A stretch of 13,255 nucleotides of DNA from a virus. Every line of letters begins with the position of its first letter. Position 1 is the stretch's first letter. Below are positions 5,608 through 13,255 of the stretch, piece by piece. The position numbers and the translations under genes were made by a program. The notes beneath the pieces are model-generated. The model did not search any database, was not told where the DNA came from, and saw only the letters and a program-made list of their open reading frames with translations. The stretch is from the UHGV virus genome UHGV-1728205; one strand, written 5' to 3'.

Positions 5608-7962
5608 CTAACCGTTACTCGCAGGTGGGAAAGGCACTACATTAGCTGTTGATTGAAAATGGAGAAGACGAATACCCCTGAAACCGTTTAATCGTACGTT
5701 ATTTATATTAACAACGTCTTTTTTCACTTTACCACGAAGGGTGGATTTAAACGCCCGACTAAATGCAGTTTTAGTCATTGCTGGACCACCTTCCTGTGTT
5801 TTCCAAAGACGATAACGACCATAGAGTTCTTCAGTATGTACCTCACCATCAGATACCAATTCGCAACAATCTCTGATAAAACTTCTAAGTGGTGATTGTT
5901 GATCCATAATTTCCTGACGTTCTTCCAGACTTGCTTTTGGTTCAGTAAACCGTCCGTTTGCACGTAACCGTTGTAAACCTTCAATCGCCCAGTTACAGAT
6001 CCCCGGTAGTTCTTTCATCAGTCGTGCTTCCAGAGTGGTATCTTCACGACCCAGGAACGAAATGTTGAATGGCAGGATCAGCAAACGGTTAGCCATTGCA
6101 CCTGAATCATCAGCAAATGCCGGTATGTTGTTAGCAGCCAGTGTCATACGTCCCGGTAAACGACCGTTCCATGCACCTTTATACTTACGATTAACCGGAA
6201 TCGCATCACAACCTGTAATAGATTTGAAACGGTCCAGAATTCGGTTGCGATCAGGCCCGGACACACTGTGAGCATCACCAATAAACAGCACAGATTTATC
6301 CAGCACAGTTTCAAGTACCGCATCACTGGCTAAACCCTCTAGTGTGATCCCTGCATACGCTTCATCACCTACCAGTGCCTGAATGATGCGACCAATCGTA
6401 CCTTTACCGGAACGTGGTGCACCAATCAACAGCATCGCTTTCTGATAGTCATACGAGTTGACAAGCATGTAACCCAGCCATTCCTGCAACAATGCAATAC
6501 GTTCCTGATCACCTTCCAGAGTTGTATTAAGGAACTGTTCAAATGCTGGCGCACGGGCAAACGGATCGTAGCTATACGGTAAAATACTGGTCGTAAAGAA
6601 GTCTGGGTTATGTGCATCACATTTACCCGTATGTACATCCAGTATCCCGTTCTGACAAACAATATAGTGTGATACATCAACGCCGGGCCATGTTCCAAGC
6701 TCACGATCAGCGCGTGTGAATAAATACGACAATACCTTGTACGTACCATTGATCACGTCAGCTTTTGGTTCGCTGGCAAGCATTGCAATAGAAATTTGAT
6801 GTTTCAGTTCATCTTCACTGACACGTTCCCATACACGGCCGTTAAACCGGTACGGCTGTTGCTGGACGAAAATCAATGTGTTGTTCGGATAATAGTTATT
6901 AACGAACGTGGATGCGTTAACCGTATGGTTTGAACCATATGCACCTTCACCGGGTCTCACACTCATGTACGCAGGTGTTCCACCATTAGGAACGACGGTA
7001 GGCGCTGGTGTGACTGCTTTCATCAGTTCTGGTGTCATTGTCGGTTGACTACGATACACAGTATCACAACGTTCCACAGCGCCCAGAATCGTGTTTTCAC
7101 GGTAATCCTGACGATCTGTCCATTTACCACGAACCAGCCCGGAACGGTTAAACAATCGTTCAATACGTTCGCAATCTTTCCCGGTCCAGAACGCAAGGTG
7201 TGAACACAGGGCAGCATCTGCTGCTGATGCGTTGTAGTCTTTCCCCTGGTCACTAGGATATGACACAGACAGGCGTTCAACGTTTGCATTCCACAGATCC
7301 GCAAATGACGCTTTATTGCCAAATACTGAAGCAGCACTGGACGAATTTAACGCCATTTTAATCAGTTCATCGTCGTCTGTCGGTCCTGACCAGTCATCAC
7401 AAGGTGCTGTTGTCCAGCGTGCGGAACGGTCTGAACGGATACGACCATACCGGGCAATAGAATCATGAATACCCTGGGTATAATCAATATCAACATCACC
7501 ATTACCCGTGAGCGTCATCGCGACGAAACGATCACGCCAGTACATTTCCAGCCCGGTTTTCTGGTCGTTCAGACTGTTAAAACCTTCCGGTATGCTGGTA
7601 TAAGCACAGATGATATGCAAACCTGTTCCTGACTGACTGACTTCGGTGTACGCGTTTGGAAAACGGTTTACGAATTCATGCGCCAGTGGTGACCACGTAG
7701 CTGTTGCCTGATCTACCAGACAGTTATCAACATCGATAAAGAAATAAGGGTCATTTTCTGTGAATACAAAACCAACACCAGACATACCGTACATTTGCGC
7801 CATGCCTAACGCGGTGTGATAGTCAGACCAGTCGTTAGGGTTAGTGGTACTGGCTTTATAACCGTGTACCGGACTGTATGGTACTTTCGTTGGTTTTGGA
7901 CGATCGGCGACTGTCTCAAGCCGCCACATGACCCACTGTTTACGGTTCAGTAACCCTTTCAT
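5608..7962 (-). CDS. bifunctional primase-polymerase (archaeo-eukaryotic primase fold, prim-pol type) fused to an SF3 (D5/P4-type) helicase
   Basis: 784 aa. N-terminal QWVMWRLE...KVPYS, DxD motif FFIDVDNC and SGTGLHIICAY (AEP motifs I and II). C-terminal P-loop LLIGAPRSGKGT (Walker A) typical of phage/plasmid primase-helicase C-terminal domains. ATG at 7962, stop TAG at 5608-5610. Confidence 0.85.
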   Translation of the reverse strand: MKGLLNRKQWVMWRLETVADRPKPTKVPYSPVHGYKASTTNPNDWSDYHTALGMAQMYGMSGVGFVFTENDPYFFIDVDNCLVDQATATWSPLAHEFVNRFPNAYTEVSQSGTGLHIICAYTSIPEGFNSLNDQKTGLEMYWRDRFVAMTLTGNGDVDIDYTQGIHDSIARYGRIRSDRSARWTTAPCDDWSGPTDDDELIKMALNSSSAASVFGNKASFADLWNANVERLSVSYPSDQGKDYNASAADAALCSHLAFWTGKDCERIERLFNRSGLVRGKWTDRQDYRENTILGAVERCDTVYRSQPTMTPELMKAVTPAPTVVPNGGTPAYMSVRPGEGAYGSNHTVNASTFVNNYYPNNTLIFVQQQPYRFNGRVWERVSEDELKHQISIAMLASEPKADVINGTYKVLSYLFTRADRELGTWPGVDVSHYIVCQNGILDVHTGKCDAHNPDFFTTSILPYSYDPFARAPAFEQFLNTTLEGDQERIALLQEWLGYMLVNSYDYQKAMLLIGAPRSGKGTIGRIIQALVGDEAYAGITLEGLASDAVLETVLDKSVLFIGDAHSVSGPDRNRILDRFKSITGCDAIPVNRKYKGAWNGRLPGRMTLAANNIPAFADDSGAMANRLLILPFNISFLGREDTTLEARLMKELPGICNWAIEGLQRLRANGRFTEPKASLEERQEIMDQQSPLRSFIRDCCELVSDGEVHTEELYGRYRLWKTQEGGPAMTKTAFSRAFKSTLRGKVKKDVVNINNVRLNGFRGIRLLHFQSTANVVPFPPASNG

Positions 7963-7965
7963 AAT

Positions 7966-8241
7966 TTACGCTCCGAACTGACGTTCAGCAGCCATCAGTT
8001 TGACCAGGTTGATAGCAGATCGCCCGGTAAGCAGATTACGTTTAACATGAATTTCAGTAACGTTCAGACGTTTGGCAACAGCTTCAATACCGTGGTTATC
8101 AATCAGTTTTTGCAGACGTGATACGCGCTGGTTTGTTTTTTTAACGTCATCAAATTCAGAAACAATTTCAGACGTTATTGATTCACGTTTTTGTTTGTAT
8201 TCAGGACTTACAATTGTTGCGATTAAAGATTTTTTATTCAT
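7966..8241 (-). CDS. small putative HTH DNA-binding protein, 91 aa
   Basis: ATG at 8241 overlaps the TGA of the VRR-NUC gene (ATGA). C-terminal segment GIEAVAKRLNVTEIHVKRNLLTGRSAINLV resembles a helix-turn-helix. Confidence 0.5.
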   Translation of the reverse strand: MNKKSLIATIVSPEYKQKRESITSEIVSEFDDVKKTNQRVSRLQKLIDNHGIEAVAKRLNVTEIHVKRNLLTGRSAINLVKLMAAERQFGA

Positions 8242-8729
8242 TGTTTAATCCATTTTTCAAATTGTGAAGGATGAGTGATGAAACGAAATTCACCACCTGC
8301 GTTTTCAACAATCGCACCGAAAGTGGCTTGTGCTTGTGCACGTCTGTCACTCGGGGTCATATGCCAGTCAGGACGTTTCATTTCGGCAGCAATAAAGACG
8401 CCTACTTTAGAACCGACCATATCCGGTGTAACGATTTTGGTTTTAATGCCGATATAGTCGCTTGACTTCATAACAGCGTTAATTTTCGCACTGGTATTGC
8501 CAAGACCATAACGAACCATCATTCCTTTTTCGTTTTTTAAAGCACCTGAGTTATTACGCCAGATACGTTGCCCGGCGCGTGCTGCAATCAGTTCACATTC
8601 TTTACTGGTGGCGCTTTCACTTACACCGTCTTCGTGTGGTGTTCCGTCAGGCTGATAAAGAGCGTATAACTCGTACAACGCCATCTGACTAACACCGTGA
8701 CGAATCGCCCATTGTTCAAGCGTTGTCAT
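8238..8729 (-). CDS. VRR-NUC domain nuclease (PD-(D/E)XK superfamily)
   Basis: 163 aa. RIWRNNSGA..., SSDYIGIK and FIAAEMKRP give the D ... ExK arrangement typical of VRR-NUC. ATG at 8729 preceded by AAGGAA Shine-Dalgarno. Confidence 0.7.
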   Translation of the reverse strand: MTTLEQWAIRHGVSQMALYELYALYQPDGTPHEDGVSESATSKECELIAARAGQRIWRNNSGALKNEKGMMVRYGLGNTSAKINAVMKSSDYIGIKTKIVTPDMVGSKVGVFIAAEMKRPDWHMTPSDRRAQAQATFGAIVENAGGEFRFITHPSQFEKWIKQ

Positions 8730-8770
8730 TACAGTTCCTTACGTTTAAAATATTTCTATGCAGATTACCA

Positions 8771-10432
8771 TCAGATTAATGAACTTGCAACCCTTGCGGC
8801 GAGTTTATTAGCTTCACGAGTACGTAACCCCTGAGCGCTAAGTACATCAACACCAAACACCCTGTAAAACATCTTGTAAGCGTCATCAACGGGTATACCT
8901 TTATCACGCTGAATACCGGCCCATGTGGTAATCATGCTACGTAATTTACGTTGTGCATCGTTCATTGCCTGAATGTTTTTCATTGCACTGTAAGCTGCAA
9001 CAGGGGGTGCACCAGCGTTTAACATTTGTTCTTTTACCGCAACAGGGTCACGGTCGATTATCACAACTGCCCTGCGTAATTCTTCCAGTTCTTCAGGTGT
9101 CAGTTCACGTAAATTACCTTCTACACGATCCGGGCCTGAGCGTTCGGCTTTTTCAGGAACATGACCACAATACGGGCAGCACGGCAGACCAGACGGATAA
9201 GGCTTCAGACACGGTGGAATACCGTTATCAGGATCACCCTTGTTTGTACACGTTGTGTTACTGTTCCCACTGCTGTTTGATGAACGACGGTCACGGTCAT
9301 CTAAAGACCAGTTGTAGTGCTGATCGGGAAGTGGAAAACCACGGGCCAGAAATCGACGAACATTACCGACTTTATCAATAATCAGTGCTTTTTTACCGGG
9401 TTTGAAACGCAACGGTCGGCCCATTTGTTGTACAAACAAAGAGTAAGATTCTGTTGGACGGTCCATTACAGCACATTCCATCGCCGGGCAATCGTACCCT
9501 TCACCGAATAAATCGTTGTTACATAGCACGAGTGTTTTACGTCGTTCAAAACGTTCCAGAATATCCGCTCGTTCCTGATTGCTGTTTCGTGAGCTGATCG
9601 CCTCTGCAGGAATGCCAGCATCGCGAAATTCTTTTGCCAGTGCTTCAGCAGAATCTACGTCACACGTAAAAACAACAGTGAGTAAGCCATCTGCATATGT
9701 TTTCCACGTACTGACGGTATCACCAACGATGTTTGAATCTTCCATCGCTTTTTTTAACGCAGAGGGTTTGTAATCACCCGTAGTATGGGAAATCATTTCT
9801 ACAGTTAATTCCAGGTCTGTTTCAGCCATAATCAGGCGATAATCAGCCAGGTGTTGTTGACTGATTAACTCACGCATTGACGGACCAATGATCATCTGAT
9901 CTGCATAACCTGACGCATGACGACCCAAGCCTTTACCGTCAGCACGGATCGGTGTAGCTGTAACACCCAGACCTTTAGCGTTAGGGAATTTTTCCCGGCA
10001 ATCTCCCCACTGTGTGCCACGTACCAGGTGATGCGCTTCGTCGCTGAATACAAGAGACACGTCGTTGTACCATCGTTCGTACTGTTTTGTTCTTAACGTT
10101 TGTGAACTGGTAATAACGATGTCAGCGCCGGGGGAATAGGTACTGTAACCAAGCGTTTTCATCTGCTGATTAGTTGCAAACTTAACAGTATCTTTTTGCG
10201 CTATAAATCTGTGTGGTAATCCCTGGCGAGCAACAGCCATTGCGATTTGACTAACCAGTTCTTTACGGTGTGCCTGGATGACTTTTACACCGTCTCTTGT
10301 TTTTACCAGTTCAGACATACAGAACGTTTTTCCTGCCCCCGTGGGAAGCACAAGAATCACGTCGTCAGCACCGCTTGACCATGCCTGACATACGTTATTG
10401 ATAGCTTCAGTCTGATAATAACGAGCTTTCAT
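8771..10432 (-). CDS. SF2 DEAD/DEAH-box helicase with C-terminal cysteine cluster
   Basis: 553 aa. Walker A VLPTGAGKTF, DEAH box VFSDEAHHL, motif III GVTATP, motif VI QQMGRPLR. C-terminal region contains CLKPYPSGLPCCPYCGH. ATG at 10432, stop TGA at 8771-8773. Confidence 0.85.
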   Translation of the reverse strand: MKARYYQTEAINNVCQAWSSGADDVILVLPTGAGKTFCMSELVKTRDGVKVIQAHRKELVSQIAMAVARQGLPHRFIAQKDTVKFATNQQMKTLGYSTYSPGADIVITSSQTLRTKQYERWYNDVSLVFSDEAHHLVRGTQWGDCREKFPNAKGLGVTATPIRADGKGLGRHASGYADQMIIGPSMRELISQQHLADYRLIMAETDLELTVEMISHTTGDYKPSALKKAMEDSNIVGDTVSTWKTYADGLLTVVFTCDVDSAEALAKEFRDAGIPAEAISSRNSNQERADILERFERRKTLVLCNNDLFGEGYDCPAMECAVMDRPTESYSLFVQQMGRPLRFKPGKKALIIDKVGNVRRFLARGFPLPDQHYNWSLDDRDRRSSNSSGNSNTTCTNKGDPDNGIPPCLKPYPSGLPCCPYCGHVPEKAERSGPDRVEGNLRELTPEELEELRRAVVIIDRDPVAVKEQMLNAGAPPVAAYSAMKNIQAMNDAQRKLRSMITTWAGIQRDKGIPVDDAYKMFYRVFGVDVLSAQGLRTREANKLAARVASSLI

Positions 10433-10462
10433 TTTCTACCCTGTAATATCGAATCGTGAAAA

Positions 10463-10508
10463 AAGTTTAAAATAGTTCTTGACGCATTGCAACTTATTCC
10501 TCTAACAT
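10463..10508 (+). promoter_or_regulatory. sigma70-type promoter, upstream copy (D) of the conserved motif
   Basis: TTTAAAATAGTTCTTGACG CATTGC: -35 TTGACG (10479-10484), ~18-bp spacer, -10 TAACAT (10503-10508). A more divergent copy of the motif. Confidence 0.4.
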
Positions 10509-10525
10509 CTGCATCAACGAAAGGT

Positions 10526-10570
10526 GAGTGTAAAATAATTCTTGACAGATTACACAACACCTTTTAAAGT
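10526..10570 (+). promoter_or_regulatory. sigma70-type promoter with AT-rich UP-like element (copy C), driving the plus-strand operon
   Basis: GTGTAAAATAATTCTTGACA GATTAC: -35 TTGACA (10542-10547), 17-bp spacer, -10 TAAAGT (10565-10570). About 30 nt upstream of the AAGAGGA Shine-Dalgarno and ATG at 10603. Confidence 0.55.
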
Positions 10571-10602
10571 TAGCGACAACCAAACAACAAGAGGAAAACG
10601 TA

Positions 10603-11364
10603 ATGTTCGAAGTTAAATTACTTGTAACTGCTCCGGGTCTGGAAACTGCGATCAACAATCTGGCAAACGCTATTGCGACTGGTGCTGCACCACTCATGAC
10701 TGCTCAGGGTGATGGTATCACTAAAGAAACCGTGACTGTCGTTGCTGAATCATTGCCTGTTGTATCTGCACCAACTGAAGATGTTGACGATAATGAAACC
10801 AGCACTGAAGAGTTCGACAAATGGGGTTTGCGTCATGATCCGCGTATCCACACTGACAGTAAATCCCTGAACAAAGGTGATGGTCTGTGGCGTCAAAAGA
10901 AAAAACTGGATGAAGCGTTTGTTGACGGTGTTAAACGTGAACTTATCGCTGAAGCAGTTGAAGCAGGGCGTTATACCGGACCTGCAGAACTTGCACCGGG
11001 TTATGTAGCACCTGTTGATCCTGCTCCAGCGGTTCCTGCCGCTCCGGTAGCTCCAGTTGTACCAGCAGCACCGGCTGCACCAGTCGAGCAACCTGTAACC
11101 ACGGATCCGGCTAAAGTTTATAACACCCAGGTTCTTCAGTCAGCACTAATGCAGATGTTTGGACAAATTACGGGCGACCGTGCCGCGCCATTAAGTCAGC
11201 GAATCATGGGACTGTATGAAACTCAGAATGTAATGCAGATTGATGACCCGGTGAAACTGAAATCTATCATCGAACTGATTGAACGTATTAACGCTGCCCC
11301 TGCTGATGCTGAAAATATTGTCGGTCAGGCTGAGTCTGTTAAACAAATGGGTGGGGCATTCTGA
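10603..11364 (+). CDS. hypothetical protein with central Pro/Ala-rich low-complexity linker, 253 aa
   Basis: ATG at 10603 with AAGAGGA Shine-Dalgarno. First gene after the promoter region. Linker APGYVAPVDPAPAVPAAPVAPVVPAAPAAPV encoded around 10975-11095. Stop TGA overlaps the next ATG (TGATG). Confidence 0.6.
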   Translation: MFEVKLLVTAPGLETAINNLANAIATGAAPLMTAQGDGITKETVTVVAESLPVVSAPTEDVDDNETSTEEFDKWGLRHDPRIHTDSKSLNKGDGLWRQKKKLDEAFVDGVKRELIAEAVEAGRYTGPAELAPGYVAPVDPAPAVPAAPVAPVVPAAPAAPVEQPVTTDPAKVYNTQVLQSALMQMFGQITGDRAAPLSQRIMGLYETQNVMQIDDPVKLKSIIELIERINAAPADAENIVGQAESVKQMGGAF

Positions 11365-12509
11365 TGACCAGTCACGCTACCTTTAGTGCCAGTGGATCAA
11401 AACGTTGGTTAGCTTGTCCGGGTAGCGTTCAACTGTCACAGCGGATTGATTATGTAGAACCATCATCACCCAGTGCTGAAGAAGGTACAGCCGGGCACTG
11501 GGTGTTAGAACAGAAGATTAAAGGTAAACCGCCATTAATGCCGTGTCTTGCTCCTAACGGTGTTCAGGTTACTGAAGACATGCACATTTACGCGGATGAC
11601 TTTATAGCAGATGTTCTTTCAGTTGGTGCGAAACTTGATCCGCTGTTTTCAGAAGTTCGCATTCACATTGACTGGTTGTTACCCGGTCAGTACGGAACCT
11701 GTGATTATCGCTGGTATGATTTTAATACTGATACGCTTTATGTATGGGATTATAAATATGGTCATGTTGCAGTTGACGCAGTTGATAACTCACAGGGGGT
11801 CTATTATGCACTGGACCAACGTTGCATCGACACCGTTAAGCGCGTTGTGTTCACAATTGTTCAGCCACGGGCTTATCACCCACTCGGACCTGTAAGACGA
11901 TGGGAGTTTAACCGGACAACATTGATGGAATGGGCTGAACGATTTAAACACGGGTTTAACGAAGCACATAAACCAGACGCGCCGTTAAATGTTGGTAGTC
12001 ATTGTCATTACTGTCCGGCGCGTGGTATGTGTCCGGCGATGTATGAGAGGATTTTAGAATTGGCTACTGTTCTTGATGCACCACCATCACTTACGCCAGA
12101 AGAAGTAGCGCGTCGTCTGGCACTTCTTGAAGAACTGTATACGCGTTCTTCTGAAGCAAAAACAGCGTTACATACTCAGGGGTTACATTTTGTTCGCATG
12201 GGTAAGGCTTTACCGGGTTTTAAACTTGCAACAAAGCAAACCCGACGTCAGCTTACGGACGAAGGAAAACTGATCGGTGCTGCACCCATGTTTGGTGTAA
12301 ACCCTGAAACATTGTACGAACGTAAATTAAAACCGTTGTCAACACTGGAAAAATCACTACCTCCGGCACTTGTTGACATGTGTACGACAAAACCAGAAGG
12401 TCAGCCAGTTTTAGTACCTGACAGTGACCCACGTAAAGGTCACAGCACACTGGCAGAATCTGTTTTTAATAAACCCGTGACGATGCCGACTGGCGCACGT
12501 CCACTTTAA
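11364..12509 (+). CDS. DUF2800-family PD-(D/E)XK nuclease (Cas4/RecB-like, with Cys cluster)
   Basis: 381 aa. N-terminus MTSHATFSASGSKRWLACPGS is the characteristic DUF2800 start. Core CDYRWYDF...VWDYKYGH gives the D...(D/E)xK motif. C-terminal CHYCPARGMCPA supplies three Cys which, with the N-terminal Cys, would form a Cas4-like 4-Cys cluster. Confidence 0.75.
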   Translation: MTSHATFSASGSKRWLACPGSVQLSQRIDYVEPSSPSAEEGTAGHWVLEQKIKGKPPLMPCLAPNGVQVTEDMHIYADDFIADVLSVGAKLDPLFSEVRIHIDWLLPGQYGTCDYRWYDFNTDTLYVWDYKYGHVAVDAVDNSQGVYYALDQRCIDTVKRVVFTIVQPRAYHPLGPVRRWEFNRTTLMEWAERFKHGFNEAHKPDAPLNVGSHCHYCPARGMCPAMYERILELATVLDAPPSLTPEEVARRLALLEELYTRSSEAKTALHTQGLHFVRMGKALPGFKLATKQTRRQLTDEGKLIGAAPMFGVNPETLYERKLKPLSTLEKSLPPALVDMCTTKPEGQPVLVPDSDPRKGHSTLAESVFNKPVTMPTGARPL

Positions 12510-12524
12510 AAGAAGGTTAATAAC

Positions 12525-13255
12525 ATGGCACAGAAAGAATCTTTTGTAACTCCGGTTGGTCGTCTGGTTGGCGGTTCTTTTTTCGATATCAACACTCATG
12601 ACCACGAAAATAAACCGTTAGCACCTGAAAAACACAACTGGTGGGTTGGTCTGGCGTTTCCTAAAACAGCGGCGAACTGGTGGGAAGAACAAGGTGAACT
12701 GGGTGCGGTATTCCAGGCGATTATGCGAGCGGCTAACTCACACTATGTGAACGGCGAACCACAACAACCTACTTTCGCATGGAAAATTATTAACGGTGAT
12801 GATCCGAAACATGCGAGTAAAACGGGTTATGCTGGTCACTGGGTAATTGGTTTCTCACGCAACGTGGCTATTGACGCGTGTCCGGTTTATAACGCAGCGT
12901 ACCAGCCAGTTATTGATAAAAATCTGGCGAAAAAAGGGTATTACTACCGTATCAGCGGATCATCTGTTGCAAACGGTCGTACAGGTAATCAGGCTGGCGT
13001 ATATATCAACATGGAAATGGCGCAATTGCTTTATGCGGGTGAAGAAATTATTTCTGGTCCGGCTCCTGCCTCTGTGTTCGGTGCTGCTCCTGCAATGCCT
13101 GAAGGTGCACGTCCGATCGGCGTAACACCAGCGGTAGCACCTGTAGCAGCGCCTATACCAGCGGCAGCACCTGTAGCAGCGCCTACACCAGCGGCAGCAC
13201 CTGTAGCAGCGCCTACACCAGCGGCAGCACCTGTAGCAGCGCCTACACCAGCGGC
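12525..13255 (+). CDS. DUF2815-like putative phage ssDNA-binding protein, 3' end truncated by the window; C-terminal Pro/Ala-rich tandem-repeat tail
   Basis: ATG at 12525 with AAGAAGG Shine-Dalgarno. My own translation is open to the window end: MAQKESFVTPVGRLVGGSFFDINTHDHENKPLAPEKHNWWVGLAFPK...GVYINMEMAQLLYAGEEIISGPAPASVFGAAPAMPEGARPIGVTPAVAPVAAPIPAAAPVAAPTPAAAPVAAPTPA... Sits directly downstream of DUF2800, as in the DUF2800-DUF2815 replication module. Family assignment is from memory of that arrangement and N-terminal pattern, not from a search. Confidence 0.5.
   Translation, partial: MAQKESFVTPVGRLVGGSFFDINTHDHENKPLAPEKHNWWVGLAFPKTAANWWEEQGELGAVFQAIMRAANSHYVNGEPQQPTFAWKIINGDDPKHASKTGYAGHWVIGFSRNVAIDACPVYNAAYQPVIDKNLAKKGYYYRISGSSVANGRTGNQAGVYINMEMAQLLYAGEEIISGPAPASVFGAAPAMPEGARPIGVTPAVAPVAAPIPAAAPVAAPTPAAAPVAAPTPAAAPVAAPTPA
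13131..13255 (+). repeat. 30-bp tandem repeat, at least 4 copies, in-frame coding (AAPVAAPTPA decapeptide repeats), running off the window
   Basis: Unit gcggcagcacctgtagcagcgcctacacca at 13161-13190, 13191-13220 and 13221-13250 (three identical copies), one variant copy at 13131-13160, and a partial copy to 13255. Confidence 0.9.

Noticed and set aside
2985-7337. Minus-strand ORFs in alternative frames inside larger genes (2985..3242, 3811..3993, 4129..4419, 5775..5984, 6144..6326, 6426..6749, 7035..7337)
   Set aside because: They are nested out of frame inside the ParB-like, methyltransferase-like and primase-helicase genes. The enclosing genes have clear motifs, so these are frame shadows.
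697-9773. Plus-strand ORFs inside the minus-strand operon (697..939, 1054..1245, 2081..2263, 3034..3273, 3473..3679, 3997..4230, 4609..4815, 5206..5424, 6035..6271, 8271..8465, 8275..8457, 8953..9381, 9317..9511, 9579..9773)
   Set aside because: Each lies antisense within a better-supported minus-strand gene with recognisable motifs or coupled start/stop junctions.
10494-12605. Minus-strand ORFs within the plus-strand operon and promoter region (10494..10697, 10750..11091, 12253..12450, 12411..12605) and plus-strand ORFs 11611..11895 and 12847..13125
   Set aside because: They overlap the promoter region or are antisense or out of frame relative to the 253-aa, DUF2800 and DUF2815-like genes, which have good Shine-Dalgarno sequences and motifs.
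1-13255. tRNA genes, integrase, capsid/terminase or lysis genes
   Set aside because: No cloverleaf-like conserved tRNA features were seen in the few intergenic regions, and no ORF has integrase, terminase or capsid-like motifs. Absence is by eye only.

Overview
The window reads as the early/replication region of a tailed phage or phage-like replicon, with no structural, lysis or integrase genes visible. It holds two divergent transcription units. The minus-strand unit (10432 down to 302) packs about 20 genes, many joined by ATGA-type stop/start overlaps: SF2 DEAH helicase, VRR-NUC nuclease, small HTH protein, primase-polymerase fused to an SF3 helicase, several small zinc-ribbon and membrane ORFs, a compact C5-methyltransferase-like protein coupled to a SLOG (LOG/DprA-like) protein, a ParB-like protein, and a RelA/SpoT-type HD hydrolase. 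The plus-strand unit (10603 to the window end) encodes a hypothetical Pro/Ala-linker protein, a DUF2800 Cas4-like nuclease and a DUF2815-like putative SSB that runs off the window inside a perfect 30-bp tandem repeat. The window also begins inside a tandem-repeat coding region, in a frame compatible with the end. A conserved extended sigma70-type promoter motif (TAAAATAATTCTTGAC) occurs four times, and a hairpin terminator sits at 276-301. All functional calls rest on motifs read by eye from the translations; no database search was run.
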